A DNA stretch of 43,717 nt, from the NCBI RefSeq assembly GCF_006345805.1, contig NW_021835424.1, positions 1-43,717 of the forward strand, read 5' to 3'. A model generated the notes under the pieces. That model was not told the origin of the DNA. It saw nothing but the letters and a program-made list of their open reading frames with translations, and did no database searches. The stretch is from Octopus sinensis. Its lineage: Eukaryota. The stretch's first letter is position 1; every line of letters starts with the position of its first letter. Both the position numbers and the translations under genes were made by a program. Positions 10,558-21,246 of the stretch are shown in pieces.

Positions 10558-10957
10558 CAATGATAGAAATATTAAGATTACTAAGTCTCTCTAAAAGAGA
10601 TTACGGCAGCGTTACTGGAAATTAATAGTTATCGCCATACTAATATGGCAATCTTATAAATATAAGACTAAAGCTGTCGATGATTTGCTCCAAGAGGCCA
10701 CCGCCTCAAGCTAGCTATTTGACACACAATCTGCGTCCATTATAGACTTTCGAACATGGGAGGTCAGCCGCTTCATCCTGCTAGTCAGACAGCTGCAGAC
10801 GCGTTTCAGGGTAGTTGCCCTTTATCAATGCAGCGTATTCAGACCCAGCAGGTGTCGCTACTGACTGTCCCTGTTCGAAGAATCTATTTACCTAGTTTCG
10901 GTGGAATACATCCACTTGTTTTCAATAATAGAAATATTAATTTACTAAGTCTCTCTA
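10558..10957 (-). mobile_element. Hammerhead-bearing non-coding element with ~35-bp terminal direct repeats (365-nt period); retrozyme/Penelope-derived-like
   Basis: caat(g/a)atagaaatattaa(ga/t)ttactaagtctctcta at 10558-10593 and 10923-10957; internal hammerhead; flanked by TA/TG microsatellite. Confidence 0.65.
10792..10834 (-). ncRNA. Type I hammerhead ribozyme with U3-A8 core variant
   Basis: GCUGCA-UUGAUAA-AGGG-caacua-CCCU-GAAA-CGC-GUC-UGCAGC: 6-bp stem I, 4-bp stem II, palindromic stem III ACGCGU, GUC triplet. Confidence 0.75.
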
Positions 10958-11019
10958 TATATTATGTATTTGTATGTATATGTATGTATGTATGTGTATG
11001 TATATATATATATATATAG

Positions 11020-11050
<31 letters not shown>

Positions 11051-11062
11051 ATGTATGTATAG

Positions 11063-11476
11063 ACATACGACAGGCTTCTTTCAATTTCCCTCAACCAAAT
11101 CCACACACAAAGCTTTGATCAGCCCGAGGTCATAGTAGAAGACGCTTGTCCAAAGTACCATGCAGCATAACTGAACCCTGAACCATGTAGTTGAGAAGCA
11201 AGCTTCTTATTTCTTTATTGTCCACAACGGGCTAAACACAGAGAGGACAAACAAGGACAGACAACCGAATTAAGTCGATTACATTGACCCCAGTGCGTAA
11301 CTGGTACTTAATTTTTCGACCCTGAGAGGATGAAAGGCAAAGTTGACCTCGACGGAATTTGAACTAAGAACGTAACGGCAGACGAAATACCGCTTAGCAT
11401 TTCGCCCGGCGTGCTAACGATTCTCCCAGCTCGCCTCCTTAACACATAACAGAAGCTTCTTACTAAACAGCCACGC
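11063..11476 (-). mobile_element. SINE-B 5' half, interrupted by a SINE-A
   Basis: acatacgacaggcttctttc...ctgaaccctgaaccatg...aagcaagcttctta, then ctaaacagccacgc after the insert; aagcttctta is duplicated at 11200-11209 and 11453-11462. Confidence 0.75.
11210..11441 (-). mobile_element. SINE-A, full length, tail variant i, nested in SINE-B
   Basis: Reverse complement closely matches 4295-4530; bracketed by a 10-bp duplication. Confidence 0.88.
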
Positions 11477-11956
11477 ATGCATGACCATTATTCTTCTCAA
11501 CTGGCCTGAACTCTACTCGACTAGGTTGGACTGGACTGAACTGACCTGGGGCTAAACAATACCAGTCTGTTATTTTAACGTTCGATCAGCAGGGCTTTTA
11601 GAAGAGTCCAAGGTTTTGCACTCCTTCAGGGTGGTTCTCGAAAGTTTTAGGAGAACTACTGCCATTGCTCTTACCAATGTCCATGGCCATGAATGAAGCC
11701 GTGGACCCTGATCATCTCTCTTTCACTAAACCCTTAAGTATAAAAGTTACATCAGAAACAGCAACATCATCAGGACAGTGTTTTTATTGGTCAGATATTG
11801 GTAAATTAAGATCCTCAGCTGAAGTCAAAGGTGAAGAATTGACTGAGTCAGTAGAGTATCTCAAAGGAGGTCATGCGGCCCTCAGCGCTAGCAGTTCAAA
11901 TTCCACTGAGGTCAGCTTAGCCTTTTCATCATTCCCAAGTTGATAACGACTAACCC

Positions 11957-12281
11957 ACTCTCTCTCTCTCTTTCCTCCTCTTTCTCACTGTCTGTCTGTC
12001 TATATCTGTTTCTGTCTCTCTCTTTCTTTCATTTCTGACTCTCTCTCTCTTTGTTTATCTATTTTGATCTCTCTCTCTCTCTCTTTTATTCTCTATCTCT
12101 CCCTTCTTTCTTTCTTTCTTTCTTTTTCTTATTCTTTATCTCCCCCTCTCCATCTCTTTCTCTCTGTCTGTCTGTCTCTATCTCTGTTTCTGTCTCTCTC
12201 ATTCTATGCTTCTGGCTCTCTCTTTCTTTCTCTTCTTTCCCTTTCTTTTTCTCTATCGTTTTCTTTCACTTCTGACTCTCT

Positions 12282-12316
<35 letters not shown>

Positions 12317-12560
12317 TTGTTTATCTATTTCGCTATCTCTCTTCTATTCTCTATCTCCCCCTTATTTCTTTCTCCCTCCCCCCTCTCTCTCTTTGTTTAT
12401 CTATTTCGCTATCTCTCTTTTAATCTCTATCTCTCCCTTCTTTCTTTCTCCCTCCCCCTCTCTCTCTCTTTGTTTATCTATTTCGCTATCTCTTTTATTC
12501 TCTATCTCTCCCTTCTTTCTTTCTCCCTCTCCCCCCTCTCTCTCTCTCTCTCTCTCTCTC
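11957..12560. repeat. CT-rich low-complexity array with a ~75-bp higher-order unit
   Basis: ctctctttgtttatctatttcgctatctc recurs near 12312, 12387 and 12465, with a variant near 12045. Confidence 0.85.
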
Positions 12561-13154
12561 CGAACCTGCGACGTTAGTACCGCGTTAGAGATCGTGTGAG
12601 ACCAATGACAGCGCCCAAATCTTCAAAAAATGGAGAGAAAGGCTGAATGAGATAATCTGTGAACCCTCTTAAAATACAGAAAACACCACACACACACACA
12701 CAAACAAACAAACAAAACCCACAACTAACATGGTACTGGAACCGTCTCCAAGAACGGACCAATGTGAAGTTCAACACGGAACGGAAATTAAGAAATAAAA
12801 ATAATAAACTGGAGTGAAGAAATAATTGGACTGATTCTGGTGTAGCTGTGAGGTATTTGCATAACTGATAGATTTTTGTCTGGAACAAAACTAATACACC
12901 TACGAAAACACATTGATGCCGCTTCTGGTAAATAAGAATTCAAACACTTAATCCGGTATGCCTGTGAAGTTCTTTATTAAACACACACACACAGAAGCTT
13001 TTTGTTTATTTTTTTATTTATTCATCTGTTTATCTATTTATTTATTTATTTGTGTGTAAAATATAATCTCGCGGAAGGGATTCGCTTAAAGGCTTTATGG
13101 CGTAGGATGCGGGGGGGGTGAGGTGGAGAGAACGTATTTTGTAGTTCTTGTAGC

Positions 13155-13163
13155 CTTTGTTGT

Positions 13164-13202
<39 letters not shown>

Positions 13203-13358
13203 TGTTGATGTTGTTGGTGTTGTTGTTGTTGTTGCTGCTGCTGCCTTTGATGATGATGTTGATGATGACGATGACGTTAATGGCAATGGTGGTGGGGATG
13301 ATGATGACGACAATGACGGTAATAATGATGATGAGGAGGAGGAGGAGGATATGAGTGG

Positions 13359-13390
<32 letters not shown>

Positions 13391-13429
13391 GCAATGTTCA
13401 CGATGATGACAGTAAAGATAATGATAATG

Positions 13430-13499
<70 letters not shown>

Positions 13500-13515
13500 G
13501 TTGTTGTTGTTGTTG
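13155..13515. repeat. Compound trinucleotide microsatellite (GTT)(GAT)(GAG)(GAT)(ATT)(GTT)
   Basis: Directly visible; source of the poly-V/D/I/L ORFs. Confidence 0.95.
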
Positions 13516-13914
13516 TGTTTTTTGGCCCCGGTTCAACTTTGTTCATTCAAACAGTCCTATATACACTCCAAAATTGACCATCCCTTATTTCGATTTTGCA
13601 AACAAAATATAGTCATTCATCTCTACATTAAACATGCTTCGATCATTCCCTTAAGGCAGAAGGCTCGTAATACGATAGGATTTTACCTCACTCCACCCAC
13701 CCCGCTTTTTCTTTTGTGTTTTTTTTTTGTAGCTATTATATCTATTGATTTCCAGGCAAAATGTCGACCATGACGGTATTTAACATTTCCCTACGAGACT
13801 TGAAATCAAAAAAGAAAAATAGTTGACGCGATTTATTCTAGTAAAACTCAAGGCAGAGCCCCAGCATGGCCGCAATCCGAAAACCAGTATACAGACGCAT
13901 TTTCTTTTACGCTT

Positions 13915-14349
13915 TATCTTTTGGTTGTTTCAGTCAACAGAATGCGGCCATGCTGGAGCACTGCCTTGAAGAATTTTAGGTCGAATGAAATGACTTCCCA
14001 AGACATGTTTTTAAAGCCTGAATCTTATTCTACCAGTCTTTTTTACCGAACCACTAAGTTACAGGGACGTAAACACAGCAACACCGATTGTCAAGCGGGG
14101 ATAAAGAACAAACACAGACACAATGTTGCACACACATACATACATACATACATACATACATACATACATACATACATACATACATGTGTGCGTGTGTGTG
14201 TATGGCGAGCTTCTTTCAGTTTTCATCTAACAAGCCCTCTCTCAAGGCTCTGGTTAGCCCGCGACTTAGTAAAAGACTCTTGCTAAGGATGCAACGCAGT
14301 GGCGCCATATGGTTCAGAAGCAAACTTCTTACAACACAGCCACGCCTAC
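13915..14349 (-). mobile_element. SINE-B with internal (ACAT)n
   Basis: Reverse-complement tail gtttcagtcaacagaatgcggccatgctggagcactgcc; head ...cttacaacacagccacgcc. Confidence 0.85.
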
Positions 14350-14649
14350 TTCTACAAGACAAACAGACACGTGAAACAGTTTCCATTCATCTACTTCTCG
14401 TATATCTTTACCGTTTGGTCACCTTACCTGATAACAAACTCCTCATCTTTTTTTTTCTCAGTTCTGTCTTTCTACCATGTGAGGCACTACAGAAATTACA
14501 TAAATTTTCCTTCTCTTCTTCCATAAAAATTATCCCCGCCTTTATCTCTCGTTAAAGGATCATTGTCCGAAACGTCAAACAAAGTCTAGTTCTTCGTTAC
14601 AGAGTAAAACCCTATTCATACAATTTTTATTATTGTTTGTTTTTGTTTG

Positions 14650-14711
14650 CTTCATCAGTTATCCCCTGTTTCGAAACGCGGAGTAGATGAAACAGGGGAC
14701 AACTGATGAAG
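14650..14711. repeat. 23-bp inverted repeat containing hammerhead half-motifs; part of a repeat family also at 34085-34245
   Basis: cttcatcagttatcccctgtttc / gaaacaggggacaactgatgaag with 1 mismatch and a 16-nt spacer; downstream ~150 bp aligns with 34085-34245. Confidence 0.7.
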
Positions 14712-14857
14712 GAGAATATTCTTGATGATGCATGTCTCGTTTCTCTGGTTGGTTTTTTCGTTGTTCGAAAAAAAAGTTCATTTTCTATGTTTTTGTTTTT
14801 ATGTTTTCATTTCTCATTGTGTTCAACGTCTTTCTGATGTCCTCTTCCCATATACTC

Positions 14858-15026
14858 TTTTTACTCTTTTACTTGTTTCAGTCATTTGGCTGCGGCCATG
14901 CTGGAGCACCGCCTTCTTTCTAAGTCCAGTACTTATTGTATCGGTCTCTTTTGCCGAGCCGCTAGATTGCGGGGGCGTAAACACACCAGCATCGGTTATT
15001 AAGCGATGTTGGAGGGACAAACACAG

Positions 15027-15057
<31 letters not shown>

Positions 15058-15060
15058 TAC

Positions 15061-15099
<39 letters not shown>

Positions 15100-15268
15100 C
15101 ACATATATACGACGGGCTTCTTTCAGTTTCCGTCTACCAAATCCACTCACAAGGCTTTGGTCGGCCCGAGGCTATAGTAGAAGACACTTGCCCAAGGTGC
15201 CACACAGTGGGACTGAACCCAGAACCATTGGGTTGGTAAGCAAGCTACTTACCACACAGCCACTCCTA
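14858..15268 (-). mobile_element. SINE-B, well-preserved full copy with internal (CA)n(TA)n
   Basis: All blocks present: head aggagtggctgtgtggtaagtagc, B-box-like gggttcagtccc, CORE-like gcaccttgggcaagtgtctt, right half, CR1-like tail. Confidence 0.92.
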
Positions 15269-15514
15269 TATATGCATGTATATATAATATATATGTAGGT
15301 ATGTACATATATGTATGTATATATGCATATATTTTTATATTATTTATATTATCATATGATCGAACGCCTCACATTCTTTTCCAAGTGTTGTGTATAATTA
15401 TATATATTATATATATATTATATATAATATATATATTATATATATCTATATATATATATACATATATATTCAATACACATACCTACACACACGCTTATAC
15501 TTTTACTTACACAG

Positions 15515-15579
15515 GACCTAATGAAACAAGCACCAGTATAGTAGATGACCCTCTATACAGTTGCGAGAATGAGGTTCTT
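15515..15579 (+). CDS. Candidate 65-nt internal coding exon of an unknown host gene: (G)PNETSTSIVDDPLYSCENEVL
   Basis: Pyrimidine-rich acceptor ttatacttttacttacacAG and donor CTT|GTAAGC; only one of three frames is open; no homology recognised. Confidence 0.3.
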
Positions 15580-15649
15580 GTAAGCACTTCGTTACCTCAA
15601 CACAAATTTGGATACGTATTCTCTTGTTCAGAATATGGCAATAATATAA

Positions 15650-15650
<1 letters not shown>

Positions 15651-15682
<32 letters not shown>

Positions 15683-15693
15683 CCACAACAACC

Positions 15694-15733
<40 letters not shown>

Positions 15734-15799
15734 CCACAAACAACCAACAACCACAACAACCACAACAACCACAACAACAACAACAACAACAACAACAAT
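15651..15799. repeat. (ACA)n/(ACC) trinucleotide microsatellite
   Basis: Directly visible. Confidence 0.95.
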
Positions 15800-16270
15800 A
15801 AAAGTTAAACTTAATGCTGAAAGTTGAAGCGCTTGTAATCAATCTGGAAACTTTACTTTCTGATAAATGGCTTATAGAAATTAAACGATTCCTGAGAGAA
15901 AACACTGCACCAATTTCCATGCATATTTCGTCGCTTTTTAGCAAATAAATATTAGTATCATTAATTAATTAATTAATTAGCAATCATTTATAATTAATTT
16001 ACTCGCCCATATAATTTTTTTTAATAATTCAAAATAGGTACATATTTTTTTTGTTTTTTGTTTGTTTGAGCCATTAGACTGCGGCAATAATGGAGCATCG
16101 CCTCGAAGGGTTTTTTGTCAATAAATTGACTCCAGGACTTATTTTAATGTCTGATATTTATTCTACCCGTTTCACTTGCCGAAAGCTAAGTTACGAGGAT
16201 GTGAATAAAACAGCAGCGGTTGACGAAAGCTGGCAGGAAAGAAACAGAAACAGAAACACACACACACACA

Positions 16271-16306
<36 letters not shown>

Positions 16307-16317
16307 ACACACACACA

Positions 16318-16360
<43 letters not shown>

Positions 16361-16599
16361 ACACACACACACACAAACATACTCGTATGTGCTCCATTAA
16401 GGAAGTGCTCCAGCATGGCTGCATTCAGTTGACTGAAACAAGTAAAAAAATATTATATAGATAGATAAGAAAGTTGGTTTGTGAAAGCACGTGGTTGAAT
16501 ATAAAGAAAATTGTTAAAAGTGAAAAAACTACAGAAGGCTTAAATGTTAAAAAATATATATTTGCGTCAATATGTCTGAAGAATATTAAAAAAATTTTT

Positions 16600-17065
16600 G
16601 AAGAATATTAAAAAAAAATTTTTTCTCTTATAATGACATAATTTAGAAGAAAGACCGGTTTCGCGTTTAGCTTTTCAAATTTCTTGCGACGTTATGTTTT
16701 GTTGAACAGGGTTATCGTTATGTTATGTTCAAAAGAGTTCTAATAAGGGGAGGTAATGAGTGATTTCTTCCGGTGTAAGGGAGATAATCGCTTAAATTTT
16801 TTCCTTCCCTTGGTGTGAATTTCTCTGTATCCGTATGTTGGGATGGTTAAGTCTGGGCTTGTACTTTTCAATGAAGAATGTTTCCTTGTTTAGTCTTAAT
16901 TGTGTTGATGATCCGATTAGCACATTGGTAAAATGGAAAGATTAAAAATTGTGGTAGTAGTTGCTTTGCGCATTTCTCAATGTGCTCACTAAAAGGTATC
17001 ATTCTGTATTCTGGAATGCAATCTGTTGTCGATGCAGTGTGCATCTACGTCTGATGCCGTCCGTG
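16600..17065 (-). mobile_element. Penelope-like element 3' remnant (GIY-YIG C-terminus plus UTR with a hammerhead-like motif)
   Basis: Coding remnant followed on the same strand by ...GC-GAAA-CCG-GUC at 16685-16647. Confidence 0.75.
16792..17062 (-). pseudogene. Penelope-like GIY-YIG endonuclease C-terminal fragment, frameshifted
   Basis: Hand translation over two frameshifts: RRRCTLHRQQI / EYRMIPFSEHIEKCAKQLLPQFLIFPFYQC / STQLRLNKETFFIEKYKPRLN. This matches the typical PLE H-R-Q-Q-I...S-E-H...R-x-x-K-E-x-x-F-I...P-x-L-N ending. Confidence 0.78.
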
Positions 17066-17383
17066 GACTTTCTATATATTATATATGGGGTGTGTGGAAA
17101 TAATCAAAAAGGGTATAACATAGATTATTTTTACCAGTGGCCCTAGCGCAAAAGACGAATTAGTCATTAGACAAATATATTTCATAGAAATATAATTAAG
17201 GCTCCCAAATAAGGAAGCCTAGTGCTAGGGACACAAAAGGGATAAATTCATCGAGAGTGAAAATCAAAAACATTTACCATTAACGATTTATCCCGGACTA
17301 TATATATATTTATGATATAGATATATAGATATATAGATATATATATATTATATATATATATATATATAAATATATATATATAT

Positions 17384-17418
<35 letters not shown>

Positions 17419-17978
17419 TATATATATATACATACATATACACACAACGCACACGCGTATATATATGAAACCCTTCCACACAGTTTCTACGAACACATTT
17501 CCTTACAAGACCGAGGCTATGACAGAAGACAATTGCTCAAGATGCCGCGCAATTAGACTGATCCCGTAACCATGCGCTTTCAAAGCGTCCCCACACAGCC
17601 ATGGCTGCGCCACCATATGCTTGGTGTATACCGATATACACCTATTTACTTATACAGAGGTTAAGTGTTAGCCACAACTATCTGCCCATGATTAGAATTG
17701 TCCCACACCAGGCATCATCCTGGTGTTTATCCCCGCAGTAAAGGGCATGACGTACAATTTTAAGGTCATTGTAACCTGCACTCTCTTGTATCTGGTTGCT
17801 ATAGAGGTGTTGTTGAACCTATGCTGGGTTCATGCGGGGTCTTAATAAATACTGCTTTTATCTCATAGCCTTCTTATAACACTTCTCGTGAGGCTCGTCT
17901 GGTGGATCTGCTGGTTTCGTTACACACACACACACACACACATACACACAGATAATATATACTGATACACAAACATAT

Positions 17979-18049
<71 letters not shown>

Positions 18050-18645
18050 TACACACAAACATACAATTCCACATATGTATATTTATATACATAACGCATA
18101 TGCATAAAAACACCTGTGTTAAGAAAATTTTTTCCCAACCACATACATCCTGGTTCAGACCCAGAGTGCGTGGTACCTTAGGCAAGTGTCTTCTACTATT
18201 GAACAGGCCTAACAAAGTCGTGAGTGGTTTTAGTAGGGGAAAACTGAAAGAAGCCTCTGGTTGTGCGTGTGTCTATGTTTGTGTGTGCATCTATATATAT
18301 CTTATATTAAACTTTTTATACTTTTTGATAGTTATATATATTTAATATTAAAAATTAATAAATAAATAAATAAATAAATAAATAAAAAATAATAAATAAA
18401 AAATAAAAATAAAAATAAAAATGAAAATAAAAATAAAAATGAAAATGAAAATATATATATGTATATATATAAATTTATAAATATAAATTAATAATTTTAA
18501 ATTTTTAACTTTAAATTTAAATAATTTAAATTTTGAATATTATATTTTATATATTTTGTATATTATATTGATTAATTTTATTTCTATGTTTTGGTTTATG
18601 TTTTTCACTGTTTGATTTGCCTAATAGTGGTTTTATCTCTAATTT

Positions 18646-18683
<38 letters not shown>

Positions 18684-18712
18684 ATATATAATATATAATA
18701 GATATATTAATA

Positions 18713-19032
18713 GTAAGGTATATTAGCCATCTCAATATGGCTAACCACTAAGGGTGGGTGTTACTGTAGCTTGTAGCCGCAGGACAACATCGTCTCCAGC
18801 TGGCTTCAGGCACGCTTTCTGTGTCCTTATGGTATTTGCAAAGGGAGGTGATCCCTCCCTCGTCAACCTAAGTGATACGCACGGACTGCAGTTTCTAGAT
18901 ATTTGCCCGTCTTCATAAGGGCACAGAATGTGTGCCTAAAGCCAGGTGGAGACGATGTTCTCCTGGGGCTACAAGCTACAGTAACACCCACCCTTAGTGG
19001 TTAGCCATATTGAGATGGCTAGTATACCTTAC
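18713..19032. mobile_element. Foldback/MITE 1 with 119-bp inverted arms
   Basis: Arms 18713-18831 and 18914-19032, 8 mismatches by hand count, 82-bp spacer; possible TA target duplication (18714-15, 19030-31). Confidence 0.88.
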
Positions 19033-19200
19033 ATTGTCGTGCAGTTACATCTCGTGTTTACATCTCGTTCAGAGATTTATTATTGCTTATATATTAATAA
19101 ATATCAGGGAAAGAAAAATTTTAGAAATCTTTTAGTACCAGTGGCTCAGCATGTAGAAAACTAGTCAATAGACTATATATTATTCATATAAATATAATGA

Positions 19201-19648
19201 ACATTTAAATACATAAGAGGTGACCATCATAGGACACCTAGCATGCTAGAAGGAGTAGCCAAAATCTAAAACACTATTAGAGACTAATCTTCAAGGGAAT
19301 GAAAAATAAAAATATTTACCATCTATCTCCTGGACCATGGTTTCTGGCTCTATATATACGAGGTGGATCTGAAAAATTATAATATATAAGCACGAGGCAC
19401 ATGCTGGATTGCCTCGTGTTCTCGTGTTCATATGTTTAATCTTGGCGTACCTGTTGATGAAGGCTCTGCCTAGCAAATTATTCTATTTACTAATACAGAG
19501 CTAGAAACTATGGTCCAGGAGATATATATTAAATGTTATAATTTTTGCATTCCTTTCGAGATTTGTCCCTAATTGTGGTTTGGATTTTGGCTATTCCTTC
19601 TAACATGCTAGGTGTCCTATGATGGTCACCTCTTATGTGTTTAAATGT
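19201..19648. mobile_element. Foldback/MITE 2 with ~155-bp inverted arms
   Basis: Arms 19201-19355 and 19493-19648 (acatttaaa(t/c)acataagaggtgaccatcataggacacctagcatg...ctcctggacca...); outer half nearly identical, inner half more diverged. Confidence 0.88.
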
Positions 19649-19735
19649 ACACCGTATTTATATGTATGTGTGTGTGTATATATATATATAATATTGTGTG
19701 TGTGTGTGTGTGTTGTGTGTATATTTTCATTATAC

Positions 19736-19789
<54 letters not shown>

Positions 19790-19863
19790 GTATGTATGCA
19801 TGGACTTGTAGTATCTTCTTCCACCCCTTTAATTTCTTTATCAGTTTGGACCTTTTTATATGA

Positions 19864-20008
19864 ACCGTTACCCCTCTCGACTGTCGCAGGTGATACGTTT
19901 CAAAACGTCCCACAGAAATAATTAAAATCAAAAGAAAAATCTAAATATCTATCGGCCGCAGAAACCCGCGATATACTGAGGAGTCCGCGATATGGCGAGG
20001 GATTACTG
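19864..20008. mobile_element. pogo/Tigger-like MITE, decayed
   Basis: Right end gagggattactg|ta (reverse complement ta|cagtaatccctc); degenerate left end ccgttacccctc. Confidence 0.45.
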
Positions 20009-20099
20009 TATACGTATATATACACATTTGTTTCGTATTTCATGTATTTAATGTACTTTGTATTTTGATTTGTCTAATTTGCTTATCCCCACATTTGCT

Positions 20100-20139
<40 letters not shown>

Positions 20140-20720
20140 TGTGTGTATGTGTGTGTGTGTATGTAAGTAACCACATGTAGCAACTAGTTCGATAATATCA
20201 ACTAAAATCTTTGCTGGCCGTGCCGCAGCTTGGCCGCTGCCCAATTACTGAAACCAGTAAAAGAGTAATAGTGAATACTGATATTTACAAAATCTGTTTT
20301 ACTGTCTAAGGTCTTTTATAAAGCTGAAAGGGGTCACGTGAACTGACATACTCTAAAAATAAAATGGCTGACATATTATCGGTAACAGAATGATGTACAG
20401 ACATATTGACATTGATAGGATTAGAAATCCGTGACCTCTGGATCATCGAGGTTAACAGTGGACGACGAGCAAATAATTGTTTCGCTCGTTACATCAGAAG
20501 TTTGTCTCAAGTTTAAATATCATAGAGCGATCTGCGCGCTATTGAAATTCGCTGAATAGGGAAAGAACGTAAAAGGTTGTTTGTAGTCAAACAGTGATGC
20601 AATTTAAGGCGGGTTGGTTTTTAGTTTTGACTACAGAATGGAGGAGACAGATGGTCGCTCTTATAAAATCGACATCAAGTAGATTGATAAAGCAAATGAA
20701 AGAAAAGAGAAATGAGATTT

Positions 20721-20777
<57 letters not shown>

Positions 20778-21172
20778 CGTGTGTGTGCATGAGAGAGGAG
20801 GAGACAGTGGGTGAGGATGAAGGGGAGAGAGAAACAGAGAGAGAGAGAGACTGTATGGCTGGTTGAATCGATGAATATATATGCATATGTAAATACATAT
20901 ATACAGAGAGAGGGAAGAGAGAGAGAAAGAGAGATAGATAGATAGATACATAGATACATACATACATACATACATACATAGATACATACATACATACATA
21001 CATACATACATACATACATACATACATACATACATACATACATACATACTTACATAGACAGACAGGTAAGTAGGCAGGAACGAACGAAGGAAAATAGAGA
21101 ATAGATTAATCGACTTTGTATATGTTTGTGAGTGTATGTATGTATTAAATATAAGTATACATATATATATAT

Positions 21173-21246
<74 letters not shown>

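Noticed and set aside
11665-11943. 92-aa ORF MLLPMSMAMNEAVDP...
   Set aside because: No recognisable motif; its 3' third is SINE-A sequence and I found no convincing splice boundaries.
13042-13773. Overlapping poly-V/D/I/L/S/N ORFs of up to 216 aa
   Set aside because: A compound trinucleotide microsatellite is open in several frames on both strands, and no splice or codon evidence supports a gene.
17620-17845. Cluster of short hairpins (ggtgtata/tatacacc, acaccagg/cctggtgt, gaacc/ggttc)
   Set aside because: They are real but short, match no ncRNA family I can name, and have no second copy in the window to test covariation.
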